Below, in pieces: positions 1 to 9,600 of a stretch of 64,000 bases of DNA. The DNA is from an uncultured Thermodesulfobacteriota bacterium (GTDB lineage: Bacteria > Desulfobacterota > Desulfarculia > G963662305). The notes beneath the pieces are model-generated. The model was not told the origin of the DNA, ran no database searches, and was given only the letters and a program-made list of their open reading frames with translations. The stretch spans positions 7,771-71,770 of the forward strand of contig CAZWLY010000016.1 in the NCBI GenBank assembly GCA_964634465.1, written 5' to 3'. The position numbers and the translations under genes were made by a program. Positions within the stretch are counted from its first letter, which is position 1. Each line of letters opens with the position of its first letter.

Positions 1-802
1 CCGAGAAGTCGTCGTCCCGGCCGGGACGGATCTTGTGCCGCTGGCGAAGCAGTTCCTTGACCTGCTCCTCCACCTCGGCCACCAGTTCCTTGGTCCGGGC
101 CTTGACGAAGATGGCTCCGACCAGCTTCCCGCTCAGCCAACGGCCGCCCAGGACCCGCTTCTTGGCCGTCGAGATGGGGATGATGACCACGTCGTCCTGG
201 TCGGTGCCCATGCCGGACTGGCCCTTCTCCTTGAGCGAGCCGATGACGGTGAACGGCACCCGGTTGATACGGATCGTCCGGCCGATCGGGTCTTCGCCGC
301 CGAACAGGTTCTCGATCACCGTCCGGCCGACCAAAGCCACCTTGGCCGCTGCCTTGACCTCTTCGGGGGTGAACGGACGGCCGCGTTCGACCTCCCACTC
401 CCGGGCCTCGAGGTAGGCCGGGGTGACGCCCCTGATCACTGACGACCAGTTCTGGCGGCCGAAGATGAGCTGGCCGCTGCCCCGAACCGAGGCCGCGGCC
501 ACCTTGACGTCCGGCAGCTCGTTCTGGATGGCCTCGGCGTCGTCTTCGGTCAGGCTGGGCATGGTGCCGTGGCCCAGGCGGACGCCGCCGGCGGTGGTGG
601 TTCCGTTCAGGACGATGATCAGATTCGAGCCCAGGCTGTGGATCAGCCGATCGACCCTGGCCTCGGCCCCGGAGCCGACCGAGACCATGATGATCACCGC
701 GCCGACGCCGATGATGATGCCGAGCGTGGTCAAGACGCTTCTCATGACGTTGACTCGAAGCGCCTTGATTGCGGCCAGGAGAGAGTCCAGGAGGCGACTC
801 AC
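1..802 (-). CDS. ABC transporter permease, MacB/FtsX-type (N-terminal part; gene runs off the window start)
   Basis: The minus-strand frame is open from 802 to the window edge. A GTG start overlaps the upstream ATPase stop as GTGA. The translation begins [50 protein letters not shown], which is a typical MacB/FtsX N-terminal TM1 followed by a periplasmic domain. Confidence 0.75.
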   Translation of the reverse strand, partial: MSRLLDSLLAAIKALRVNVMRSVLTTLGIIIGVGAVIIMVSVGSGAEARVDRLIHSLGSNLIIVLNGTTTAGGVRLGHGTMPSLTEDDAEAIQNELPDVKVAAASVRGSGQLIFGRQNWSSVIRGVTPAYLEAREWEVERGRPFTPEEVKAAAKVALVGRTVIENLFGGEDPIGRTIRINRVPFTVIGSLKEKGQSGMGTDQDDVVIIPISTAKKRVLGGRWLSGKLVGAIFVKARTKELVAEVEEQVKELLRQRHKIRPGRDDDFS

Positions 803-1545
803 GGCTCGACCCCCTCGGCCTTCATCCGGGCCAGGACCGACTCGGCGGTGTTGGGCCGCTCGACCGTCTCGTCGCCGATCACCCGCCCGTCGCGGAAGCG
901 AAGGATGCGCTTGGCGAAACCGGCGATGTAGGGTTCGTGGGTGACGACGACGATGGTCATCCCCTGATCGTTGAGGCGCTGGAAGAGCGACATGATCTCG
1001 ACGCCGGTCACGGTGTCCAAGGCGCCGGTGGGCTCGTCGGCCAGGATGATAGCCGGGTCGTTGACCAGGGCCCGGGCGATGGCCACCCGCTGCTGCTGGC
1101 CGCCGGAGAGCTGGGACGGGTGGTGGTCGGCCCGGTCGGTCAGGCCGACCGCCTCCAGCACCGCCTCGGCCTTGGCCCGGCGCCGGCGGCGGGGCAGGCG
1201 GCTGTAGGAGAGCGGCAGTTCGACGTTCTCCACGGCCGTCGTTCGAGGCAGCAGGTTGAAGGTCTGGAAGACGAAGCCGATCTTCGAGTTGCGGGTGACG
1301 GCCAGTTGGTCCCGGCTGAGGCGGGAGACGTCCTGGCCGTCCAGAAGGTAGCGACCCGAGGTGGGCGTATCCAGGCAGCCCAGAAGATTCATGAAGGTCG
1401 ATTTGCCCGACCCCGACGGACCCATGACGGCCACGAACTCGCCCGGCTCGACCCCGACCGACACTCCCCGCAGGGCCTTGACGACCTGGTCGCCCAGAGG
1501 ATAGTCCTTGGTCAGCTCCTCGGTTTTGAGCAGCAGATCGGCCAC
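799..1545 (-). CDS. ABC transporter ATP-binding protein (MacB/LolD/DevA-type, separate ATPase gene)
   Basis: 248 aa. Walker [10 protein letters not shown], signature [15 protein letters not shown] and Walker [12 protein letters not shown] are present. It lies directly downstream of the HlyD adaptor gene. Confidence 0.9.
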   Translation of the reverse strand: MADLLLKTEELTKDYPLGDQVVKALRGVSVGVEPGEFVAVMGPSGSGKSTFMNLLGCLDTPTSGRYLLDGQDVSRLSRDQLAVTRNSKIGFVFQTFNLLPRTTAVENVELPLSYSRLPRRRRRAKAEAVLEAVGLTDRADHHPSQLSGGQQQRVAIARALVNDPAIILADEPTGALDTVTGVEIMSLFQRLNDQGMTIVVVTHEPYIAGFAKRILRFRDGRVIGDETVERPNTAESVLARMKAEGVEP

Positions 1546-1546
1546 C

Positions 1547-3163
1547 TTAGAACCTGAACCGCCGGCCGCCGGCCCTTTTCTTGGTTCCGGTCCGTCGCCG
1601 GCCGACGATGACCTCCTGGCCGGCCTCGATCTCGCCCCGGACGATCTCGGTGAATTGGCCGTCGCTGACGCCGATCATCACCGGCGCCGGTTCGGGCTTG
1701 CCGTCCCGCCCGAGAACCCAGAGCGTGCCGGGCCGGATGGGGTTGACCTCCCGCCGGGCGGTCAACCGGCGGTATGCTTCGAGCTGCTTCGGGGTCAGGA
1801 TCGTCTCGACGGCCTGCCGGTTTCGCCGGCGGAGAGCCTCGATCTCGGCCTTGATCTCCTCGGCCGAGGCCCCGGCTTGGCGCAGGGTCATTATCTTCCG
1901 GCGGCCCTGGACGAAGCGCTCTCTCAACCGGGCCTGCTGGTCCTCGGTCAGCGCCAGGGCCCGGCTCAGCCTCTTGAACCGCTCCTCGGCCGCGGCGCGG
2001 CCGCCGAAGGCCTGATCCGCCGGCCGGCCGGTGGAACCCGTCTCGCCGGCCGGTTTGAACCGCAGCGCGGCGTTGGGCGCCTTGAGCACGTCGCGGCGTT
2101 CATCGACCACGATCTGGACGCTGGCGGTCATGCCCGGCAGCAACCGCAGGTCCCGGTTCTCGGCCGAGATGACTACGGTGTAGGTGACCACGTTCTGGAC
2201 CGTCTTCGAGGCCATCCGGATCTGCTCGACTATACCGGTGAAGGTCCTGTCGGGATAGGCGTCCACGGTGAAGCTCGCCCTCTGGCCGACTTGGATGCCG
2301 CCGATGTCGGCTTCGTCCAGGCTGGCCTCGACCTGCATCTGTCTCAAGTCCTTGGCGATGGTGAAAAGCGTCGGCGCCTGCAGGCTGGCGGCCACGGTCT
2401 GTCCGACGTCCACGTTGCGCTCGATGACCACGCCGTTGACCGGCGAGCGGATGATGGTCTGCTCCAGATCGATCCGGGCGTTCTCCACCACGGCCCGGCG
2501 TTGTTCCACCTGAGCCCGAGCGTGCATCACCTGGGCCTGGGCCATCTTGAGCTGGGCCTGGCGGGAGTTGATCTGCTGGGCCTGGGCTGCCAGTTGGGCC
2601 TGGGCCGTTTTGAGCTGGGCCACGGCCTGGTCGCGGGCGGCCCGGGCCTGGTCGATCTCCCGTTTGGATACGGCCGCCTTCTTAAACAGCGCCCGCTTGC
2701 GCTCATACTCCTGCTCGGCGTCGGTCACCGCCGCCTGGGCCTTGTCCACCTGGGCCCGGGCCGCAGCCAGGTTGGAGCGGGCGTTCTCCAGTTCGGCCCG
2801 GGTTCGCTCCACCACCGCTTCCTGGATGGCCACGTTGGCCTTGGCCACGGCCAGTTCGGCCTCGGCCTGGCGGAGGCGGGCCTCGAAGTTGACCGGGTCG
2901 ATGCGGGCGATGATCTGGCCGGCCTTGACCTCGGTGTTGAAGTCGGCCAGAAGTTCTTTGATCTGGCCCGAGACCTGGGAGCCGACCTGGACGGTGATGA
3001 CGGCGCTCAAGGTGCCGGTGGAGGAGACGAGGTGGACGATGGACCCCCGTTCGATCTTGGCCAGGCGGTAGGCGGGAGCCTCGTCGCCGGCGTCGGGGTA
3101 GAAGAAGTACCAGCCGGCCGCCGCCGCGGCCAAGACGATGATCGAGACAATGAACTTGCGCAT
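1547..3163 (-). CDS. HlyD/MacA-family periplasmic adaptor (membrane fusion protein) with an inserted LTXXQ (Spy/CpxP-like) segment
   Basis: 538 aa. It has an N-terminal TM anchor, a long coiled-coil, and a C-terminal MP domain ([30 protein letters not shown]). A roughly 100-aa insertion containing LTEDQQ and LTPKQ motifs lies before the MP domain. A 1-bp gap separates it from the ATPase gene. Confidence 0.85.
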   Translation of the reverse strand: MRKFIVSIIVLAAAAAGWYFFYPDAGDEAPAYRLAKIERGSIVHLVSSTGTLSAVITVQVGSQVSGQIKELLADFNTEVKAGQIIARIDPVNFEARLRQAEAELAVAKANVAIQEAVVERTRAELENARSNLAAARAQVDKAQAAVTDAEQEYERKRALFKKAAVSKREIDQARAARDQAVAQLKTAQAQLAAQAQQINSRQAQLKMAQAQVMHARAQVEQRRAVVENARIDLEQTIIRSPVNGVVIERNVDVGQTVAASLQAPTLFTIAKDLRQMQVEASLDEADIGGIQVGQRASFTVDAYPDRTFTGIVEQIRMASKTVQNVVTYTVVISAENRDLRLLPGMTASVQIVVDERRDVLKAPNAALRFKPAGETGSTGRPADQAFGGRAAAEERFKRLSRALALTEDQQARLRERFVQGRRKIMTLRQAGASAEEIKAEIEALRRRNRQAVETILTPKQLEAYRRLTARREVNPIRPGTLWVLGRDGKPEPAPVMIGVSDGQFTEIVRGEIEAGQEVIVGRRRTGTKKRAGGRRFRF

Positions 3164-3232
3164 CCAACCCGCCCAGCCAAAGGTTCATTCCGCGTCGAGC
3201 TTCACCCGGCCCATCGGCGCTTCACACCGGAA

Positions 3233-3261
3233 AGTATGCGGTCATTCGTCCGGCCGGTCAA
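3233..3261 (-). promoter_or_regulatory. sigma70-like promoter for the adaptor/ABC operon (-35 TTGACC, 17-bp spacer, -10 CATACT, AT-rich upstream element)
   Basis: Read on the minus strand, TTGACC, 17 nt, then CATACT, sit about 70 nt upstream of the adaptor start. An adjacent A/T-rich tract (3262-3282) precedes it. Confidence 0.3.
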
Positions 3262-3453
3262 GGTATTTTCTTTTGATTTGAGGTAGATGGATAAAGATTA
3301 CCCGCCAGGATCGCCTCTCCCGAAAGACGGATCGAACCGGCTCGGCCGCGGCCGGGCCGGAAAGCCCGCAAGACGCTCGCCCCGCGGCCCGCCGCCGCCC
3401 GCCCGGTCAAGACCGCCCCAACGACTCGTTGCGCCTGGCGGCGTCGCTTTTTC

Positions 3454-4884
3454 TCACTTCATCCCGGCCGTAAACAGCGTCCAGGGCTGGGTCGGCCGGT
3501 CGTGGAGGTAGCCCTTCAGGTGGCGCCACTGGATGTGCTCTTTAAGGTGTTTCTCGGCGTCGAACGGCATTCCCGACGAATTGCCCCACCGGGCCCAGAG
3601 CTTGAACGCCTTGGCCAGCTCGGAGTCGGTCACCTTTCCGTCCACCGCTCCCCTCGGCTGGAAGGGCAGCGGTCGGCCGGGCTGGCTCATGTACTCCCGG
3701 GCGTCCAGCTCGTAGTGAGCGTCGATCGTTCTGGAGGAGGGGTTGATCTTTTTCAGATAGACGTCGTAGTGGTCGGCCAGAATCAGCTTGGCGATCTCGA
3801 CGTCGATTTTGCCGTAGTGCTTCTCCATCAACTGGGTCAGGCGGACCTGGCGGGCCCCCTGGTGGCGGCGGATGTCGGCGAAGCCGGTGTTGGCGCACTC
3901 CAGGTTCCTGATCCGCGGGTCCAACGGCGCGTTGTAACCGATGAAGTAGCCGTCCTTCTTCCGCTCGACGTTGTAGAACCTGAGCCCCAGCTCCAGGCGC
4001 ATGATCTCGCCGGTGTTGACGTCGCCGACGAGCCAGGAGTTGGCGTAGCCGCCGTTGTTTTTCTTTTTCATGATCCCGACGAAGGAATCGAGGTCCGTTG
4101 CGTACTGGGCCGCCTTGCGAAGTCTGAAGAACTCGGGGGCTTCGTTCTCGTCGTAGAGGGAGTAGCCGCCGATGGTCGTCTCGGTGATTATCAGCCCGGC
4201 CGAGGTGACGGCGAAGTCGGTCCCGCTCTGGATGAAGCCGGGCGCGGCCTGCATCAGAATGCGGTTGCCCTTGTCGGGCTTGATATCGATGATGACGTTG
4301 AAAAACTGGCCGGTCTCGAAGTTGTCGAAGGAGTTGTGGGCGACCACGATCTTGCCCCCGGCCGTGGCCGAGCCGGTGGCGATGAAGGCGCTGCAATGGT
4401 CGTCCTTACCTGGAATCGAGGGGGCGTACTTGTACTTGGCCTTGGCGTTGGGCCACCAGTAGTCGGTCAGCTCTTCGTGGCCGTTCCAGCACAGGATGTC
4501 TTTCCAGGTGACCTCGACCCCGGCCTTTTGGGCCCCGGCGGCGATGCCCTTGATCTCGTCCAGGAACTCCTGGTCGATGTGCTTGACCCACAACTTGGCC
4601 GCGGCGTCGGCAAAGAACTCCCACTTCTTGCCGGTTTCCCAGTAGGTCACGAACTTCAGGCAGCGCAGGACCTCTTTGATCTCATCTGCGGCCAGGAAAC
4701 CGTGCTGGAAGCCCCGTTCAAAGGGGCCTCCCTCCAAGTGGAGATAGACCCAGCCGTTTTTATCCAGACGGTAGCCCCGGCCCTGCTTTTTGCCGCCCTC
4801 CGACCCGGCCGCCCAGGCCGGCAGGGCCAAGGCCAGGACCACCAGCCCAATGAACGTCGCCCTCCACCACTTCGAAGCGGACAT
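3454..4884 (-). CDS. Secreted Ntn-hydrolase superfamily protein (phospholipase B-like or C45 acyltransferase-like)
   Basis: 476 aa. Strong RBS (AAGGAGGG) and a signal peptide ending ALPAWAAG. An internal DHCSAF motif is a candidate autoproteolytic Cys nucleophile. The family assignment is tentative. Confidence 0.6.
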   Translation of the reverse strand: MSASKWWRATFIGLVVLALALPAWAAGSEGGKKQGRGYRLDKNGWVYLHLEGGPFERGFQHGFLAADEIKEVLRCLKFVTYWETGKKWEFFADAAAKLWVKHIDQEFLDEIKGIAAGAQKAGVEVTWKDILCWNGHEELTDYWWPNAKAKYKYAPSIPGKDDHCSAFIATGSATAGGKIVVAHNSFDNFETGQFFNVIIDIKPDKGNRILMQAAPGFIQSGTDFAVTSAGLIITETTIGGYSLYDENEAPEFFRLRKAAQYATDLDSFVGIMKKKNNGGYANSWLVGDVNTGEIMRLELGLRFYNVERKKDGYFIGYNAPLDPRIRNLECANTGFADIRRHQGARQVRLTQLMEKHYGKIDVEIAKLILADHYDVYLKKINPSSRTIDAHYELDAREYMSQPGRPLPFQPRGAVDGKVTDSELAKAFKLWARWGNSSGMPFDAEKHLKEHIQWRHLKGYLHDRPTQPWTLFTAGMK

Positions 4885-4984
4885 AAACCCTCCTTTGCCG
4901 GTCGGCCCGGAATCGGTCCATCATATCACGATCAACGCCGTTTCCGAATTGAGGAGATTCGACGGCGCGGGCGCGGGCTTCGGC

Positions 4985-7936
4985 TCAGTCCTCGCTTTTC
5001 ACCGGCGGGTGGTCGGTTTCGCCTTCCTGGGGGGACGCGTCCCCGGCCGGGGCCGATTCCTCAAGCAGTCGCTCGAACTCGTCTTCCGGGATGGGATGGC
5101 CGAAGAGAAAACCCTGCATCAAATAGCAGCCCTCGGTGCACAGGAACTCGTTCTGCTCCTCGGTCTCCACGCCCTCGGCCACCGTCTCCATGCCCATGTT
5201 CTTGGCCATGGAGATGATGGTCTTGATGATCTCCCGGTCGTCGGGATTGGAAGTCGCGTCCCGGATGAACGAGCGGTCGATCTTGAGCGTATCCACCGGG
5301 AAGCGCTTCAGGTGGCCCAGGGAGGAGTAGCCGGTGCCGAAGTCGTCGATGGCGAAACGGACCCCCATGTCGTGGAGCCGCCTCATCTGGGAGGCGGCCT
5401 GCTCCGCCTTGTCGGCGACTCCGCTTTCGGTCATCTCCAGCTTGAGACAGGAGGGCGGCAGGCCGGTCTCGGCAAGGATGCGTTCGATGATGTCCACCAG
5501 GTTGGGCTGGCCCAGTTGGCGAGGCGAGAGGTTGATCGACACGTAGAGCCAGTCGTAGCCCATGTCGTGCCACTTCTTGGCCTGGCGGCAGGCTTCCCGG
5601 ATCACCCACTCGCCGATGACCAGGATGGCTCCGGTCTCCTCGGCCAAGGGGATGAACTGGTCCGGCAGGAGGAGGCCCAACTCGGGATGGTTCCACCGCA
5701 CCAGGGCCTCCATGCCCAATATCCGGCGATCGTTGTTCACCAAGGGCTGGTAGTGAAGCACTAACTGCTTCTGGTGGACGGCTTGCCGGAGGGTCGATTC
5801 CAGCTTCATCCTTTCCAGGGCCCGCTGATTCATCTCGGCGGTGTAGAAACGGTAACCGTTGCGCTCCTCCTTGGCGGCGTACATGGCCATGTCGGCGTTT
5901 TTGACCATCACCTCGACGTCGTCGCCGTCGTCGGGGAAGACGCTGATGCCGATGCTGGCCGTGATGAAAAGCTTGTGGCCGTTGACGTAGATCGGTTGGG
6001 ACACGGTATCCAGTATCTTCTGGGCCACTCGGGCGGCGTCGATGTCCTTGCCGAGGTCGTTGGCGATGACGGTGAACTCGTCGCCGCCCAGGCGATAGAT
6101 GTAGTCGCTCTTCCTGAGGCAGTCCTGGATGCGACCGGCGACCTCCTTCAAGAGCCCGTCGCCGACGTCGTGACCGAGGGTGTCGTTGATGTCCTTGAAG
6201 CGGTCCAGGTCCATGAACAAAAGGGCCCACAGCCTGCGGTCGCCCCGGCGGCGGGACTGGATGACCGATTCTTCCAGGTCTTTGTAGAACGATTTCCGGT
6301 TGGGGAGACCGGTCAGCATGTCGCTGTAGGCGATGCGTTTCAGTTGGGCCTCGGTCCGCTTGCGGCGGGTGATGTCCTGGATGGTGACCACCGAGCCCTG
6401 GGGCCGTCCCTGCTGGTCGAAGAAGCTGGCCCCGCTGATGGAGACGTCCACCACCCGTCCGGTCTTGGTCAGCCGCCGGGTCTCCACCCCGGTGAGTGTT
6501 TCCCCTCGGAGGACTTTCTCGATCATGGCCTCGGTCTCGGGCCAGTTCTCCTCGGGTACGAAGTCCATCCTCAAACCCGCCCGCTCCTCCAGGGTCCAAC
6601 CGAAGACCCTGGTGAAAGCCGGGTTGACGTAGGTCACCCGGCCCTCGGTGTCGTAGACCACCACCGGGTCGGGCGAGGCCTCCAGAACGGTTCGGTGGCG
6701 CTCCTCGCTTTCCTTCAAGGCCTCCTCGGCCTTCTTGCGTTCGGTTATGTCGCGGTAGATGCCGTAGACGCCGACCTGCTCGCCGTCGATGACGACCGGC
6801 GCTCCCAGGATGGAGACGTCCACCAGCGTGCCGTCCTTGCGGCGGCGCTTGGCCTCGGCCTCCACCTTTTCGCCCCGGGCGACCCGGTTGGTCAGCTCCA
6901 GGCCGAAAGCCTTGTCCTCCTCGGGTACGATCAGGTCGTTGATCCGATGGCCCCGGACCTCCTCAAGGGTGTAGCCGAAGAGCCGGGTGAACTCGTTGTT
7001 GATCTTCATCACCCGATCGTCGGGGTCCAGAACGGCGATGGCTTCGGGGGCGATGTCGAAGAAACGCTCCAGGTAGAGCCGGTGCCTCTCGGCCTCGGTT
7101 TCGGCCTTGCGGCGTTCGGTGACGTCCCTGAACAAACCGACGATGCCGATGACGTTGCCGTCCGGGTCCAGATTGGGCGCGCCGGAGAGAGTGAAGTGGC
7201 GAACCTGGCCGTCCTTGGCGATCAGCCGGCCCTCGCGGAAGCGAAGCGTCTTCCGCTCGTCCCGGATCATCTTGAAGAGTTCGATGTAATATTTTTCTTC
7301 GCCCGGCTCGACGAAGTCGATGAAGTAGCGGCCGATCACCTCGTCGATCCGGTGGCCCAGCAATCTGGTCCAGGCCGGATTGACATAGGTGAAGGCGCCG
7401 TCCAGGCCGAGAGTGTAGATGATGTCCGGCGCGTTTTCGCTTAAGAGCCGGAACCTCTCTTCACTCTCCCTCAACCGGTCTTCGGCCAGCTTGCGGGCGG
7501 TGATGTTCCGGATGATGCCGTGGTAGCCGATCACCGCGCCCTCGCCGTCGCGCTTGGCCGTGGCCGTCATCAGGCAGTCCATCACCTTGGCGTTCTTGCC
7601 CTTGAGCCGGACCTGGTAGTCCTGGACCGAGCCGAGCCGGTCGATCTCCCGGATGAACCTCTTGCCCTCTTCGGGATCGACGTAGAGTTGCTGGAACTTG
7701 ACCTTCGACAGCTCGGTCCGGTCCCAACCGAACAGTTCCACCCCAGCCCGGTTGACGCTCAGGATGGTTCCGTCCCGGGCGGTGATGACGATGGCGTCCC
7801 GCGATTCCTCGAAGAGTTCCCGGAGTTGTTGGACAGACACCCGGCCGCCGGGAACGGTCGGCCGATCCGGCGAGCGATCGTCAACCGGGCCAAGGCGATC
7901 GCTCACGGTCGGCTTCGCCTCAGACCGTTTCGGCAT
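4985..7936 (-). CDS. Multi-PAS/PAC sensor diguanylate cyclase/phosphodiesterase (GGDEF-EAL)
   Basis: 983 aa. There are several PAS repeats, a GGDEF motif (RLGGDEFTV) and an EAL motif (EALVRWNHPELG). A good RBS precedes the start. Confidence 0.9.
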   Translation of the reverse strand: MPKRSEAKPTVSDRLGPVDDRSPDRPTVPGGRVSVQQLRELFEESRDAIVITARDGTILSVNRAGVELFGWDRTELSKVKFQQLYVDPEEGKRFIREIDRLGSVQDYQVRLKGKNAKVMDCLMTATAKRDGEGAVIGYHGIIRNITARKLAEDRLRESEERFRLLSENAPDIIYTLGLDGAFTYVNPAWTRLLGHRIDEVIGRYFIDFVEPGEEKYYIELFKMIRDERKTLRFREGRLIAKDGQVRHFTLSGAPNLDPDGNVIGIVGLFRDVTERRKAETEAERHRLYLERFFDIAPEAIAVLDPDDRVMKINNEFTRLFGYTLEEVRGHRINDLIVPEEDKAFGLELTNRVARGEKVEAEAKRRRKDGTLVDVSILGAPVVIDGEQVGVYGIYRDITERKKAEEALKESEERHRTVLEASPDPVVVYDTEGRVTYVNPAFTRVFGWTLEERAGLRMDFVPEENWPETEAMIEKVLRGETLTGVETRRLTKTGRVVDVSISGASFFDQQGRPQGSVVTIQDITRRKRTEAQLKRIAYSDMLTGLPNRKSFYKDLEESVIQSRRRGDRRLWALLFMDLDRFKDINDTLGHDVGDGLLKEVAGRIQDCLRKSDYIYRLGGDEFTVIANDLGKDIDAARVAQKILDTVSQPIYVNGHKLFITASIGISVFPDDGDDVEVMVKNADMAMYAAKEERNGYRFYTAEMNQRALERMKLESTLRQAVHQKQLVLHYQPLVNNDRRILGMEALVRWNHPELGLLLPDQFIPLAEETGAILVIGEWVIREACRQAKKWHDMGYDWLYVSINLSPRQLGQPNLVDIIERILAETGLPPSCLKLEMTESGVADKAEQAASQMRRLHDMGVRFAIDDFGTGYSSLGHLKRFPVDTLKIDRSFIRDATSNPDDREIIKTIISMAKNMGMETVAEGVETEEQNEFLCTEGCYLMQGFLFGHPIPEDEFERLLEESAPAGDASPQEGETDHPPVKSED

Positions 7937-8005
7937 GACCAGCCCCCCCCGCCTTCACTTGGCCGATTCGTCGATCAGGTTTTGGAGTAATGGACGGATC
8001 GTCTC

Positions 8006-8034
8006 ATTATGGCAGAGTTCGGATCGTTTTTCAA
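8006..8034 (-). promoter_or_regulatory. sigma70-like promoter for the GGDEF-EAL gene (-35 TTGAAA, 17 bp, -10 CATAAT)
   Basis: On the minus strand, TTGAAA (8029-8034 reverse complement) and CATAAT (8006-8011 reverse complement) are separated by exactly 17 nt. They lie in a locally AT-rich intergenic stretch about 60 nt upstream of the start. Confidence 0.35.
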
Positions 8035-8145
8035 TAACCTCGATCGCCTCCGTTTTGGGTGGTCGGGGTCGAACAGGCCAATAAACAGCGCCTTGTTTCT
8101 TGGCCTGTTTAAAGGAGGCGAGGCCCGGCGTCTCCACCCGCCCGA

Positions 8146-9309
8146 TCAAACGCTCGCCAGCCGCCCCAGGCCGGCCTTGAGATCGGCGATCAGATCGTCC
8201 GGGTCCTCCAGCCCGGCATGGATGCGAAGCGTCGGCCCGGCCGCCTCCCAGCGGGTGGCGGTTCTGGTCGTGGCCGGGTCGTGGGGCATGATCAGGCTCT
8301 CGTATCCGCCCCAGGAATAACCCATGGCGAACAGCTCCATGTTGTCCAGCATGGCCGCCAGGGCCTCTTTGGAGTATGGTTTCAAGGCCACGCTGAACAG
8401 GCCCGAGGCGCCGGTGAAGTCCCGTTTCCAAATCTCGTGACCGGGACAGGACGGGAGGGCCGGGTGGAGGACGCGTTCCACCTCGGGCCGGCGGCTCAAC
8501 CACTCGGCCAGGGCCAGGCCGGTCTGCTGGTGGCGTTCGAGACGGACTTTGAGGGATCTGAGCCCCCGCAAGGCCAGGTAGCAGTCGTCCGGGGCGCCGC
8601 CCTGGCCGAAATCCCTGGTCGCCTCGAGGAGTTTGGGCCAGGCCGCCTCGGTGGCGCTCACCGCGCCGAGCAGCAGGTCGCCGTGGCCGCCGATGTACTT
8701 GGTCGCCGGCTGGATGGAGACGTCCACGCCGTGCTCGAAGGGCTTGAAGAAAAGGGGAGTGGCCCAGGCGTTGTCCATCAGCACCGTCGCCCCTCGCTTG
8801 TGGGCGGCTTCGGCGATGGCCGGCACGTCCTGGACCTCGAAGGTGACCGAACCGGGCGACTCGACGTAGACCACCTTGGTGTTGGGGCGGATCAGCTCGG
8901 CGATGCCGGCGCCGATGAGCGGGTCGTAGTAGGTCGTCTCCACCCCGAAGCGGGCCAGGACGTTGTCGCAGAAGCGGCGGGTGGGACCGTAGACGGCGTC
9001 GACCATCAACAGGTGGTCGCCGGCCTTGAGAAAGGCCATCAGGGCCACGGCCACGGCGGCCAGCCCCGAGGGAAACAGGCGGGCGTCGAACCCGCCCTCC
9101 AGCCGGGCGATGGCCTCCTCCAGGGCCTGGCTGACCGGGGTGGTGTGGAGGCCGTAGGTCTTTTTCTTGCCCGGTGCGGCTTCCCGGGCCTCCAGTTCCT
9201 CGACGTTGGGAAAGATGATGGTCGAGGCGTGGACGACGGGCGGGTTGACCGCGTCGTACTGCTTTTGAGGGTCGCGGCCCAGATTGACGATCCTGGTGTC
9301 TTCTTTCAT
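8146..9309 (-). CDS. metC: Cystathionine beta-lyase (PLP-dependent Cys/Met metabolism enzyme)
   Basis: 387 aa counted from MKEDTRIVNLGRD. As I recall the E. coli MetC sequence, it is collinear with this protein, including the PLP lysine region SIQPATKYIGGHGD. The longer ORF start at 9402 is probably not used. Confidence 0.85.
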   Translation of the reverse strand: MKEDTRIVNLGRDPQKQYDAVNPPVVHASTIIFPNVEELEAREAAPGKKKTYGLHTTPVSQALEEAIARLEGGFDARLFPSGLAAVAVALMAFLKAGDHLLMVDAVYGPTRRFCDNVLARFGVETTYYDPLIGAGIAELIRPNTKVVYVESPGSVTFEVQDVPAIAEAAHKRGATVLMDNAWATPLFFKPFEHGVDVSIQPATKYIGGHGDLLLGAVSATEAAWPKLLEATRDFGQGGAPDDCYLALRGLRSLKVRLERHQQTGLALAEWLSRRPEVERVLHPALPSCPGHEIWKRDFTGASGLFSVALKPYSKEALAAMLDNMELFAMGYSWGGYESLIMPHDPATTRTATRWEAAGPTLRIHAGLEDPDDLIADLKAGLGRLASV

Positions 9310-9600
9310 CGCTGCCTCGTGCTCCAAGAGACGATCGAAACCGCTCCGCCGCGGCGGTGCGTCGCCAAGAAGGCTAATACGCTCGACAAAACGTGTCAAC
9401 ATCGACCGGTTATCGTCCTTGACCCCCCCATCGTTTTAAGGTACAGATTTCCTACACGCCCGACGCGGCTCTGGGGGGCGGCTCGGGCGGTTTTGAAGCG
9501 GAAGCCTTTTGCCCGTCTCACTCATCGCTCTTTCGACGGGCCAAACAGATAGACCAAACCAAGACCGTGCACTAAACCGATATCAGGAGCTTGGAAGACT

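Noticed and set aside
4885-4984. Imperfect hairpin (CGCCGTCGAAT...ATTCGGAAACGGCG) downstream of the GGDEF-EAL gene as a terminator
   Set aside because: The stem is interrupted and the following tract is only weakly U-rich. It may just be the leader of the next gene, so it does not warrant a terminator call.
8218-9552. Long plus-strand ORF (444 aa) antisense to metC, together with many similar long ORFs across the window (for example 18520..19959, 21175..23352, 36038..38329 minus, 41706..43292, 45737..47323, 50358..52136 minus, 55043..56776 minus, 58509..59933 minus, 60344..62245 minus)
   Set aside because: These are typical high-GC shadow ORFs. They are Arg/Gly/Pro/Ala-rich low-complexity translations with no RBS and no recognisable domains, and each lies antisense to a gene with clear homology.
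9310-9600. Possible riboswitch or consensus promoters in the metC/cytochrome divergent region
   Set aside because: I could not find a convincing SAM-riboswitch core or a well-spaced -35/-10 pair. Only weak hexamers (TTGACA with a 14-nt spacer, TTGAAG) were seen.
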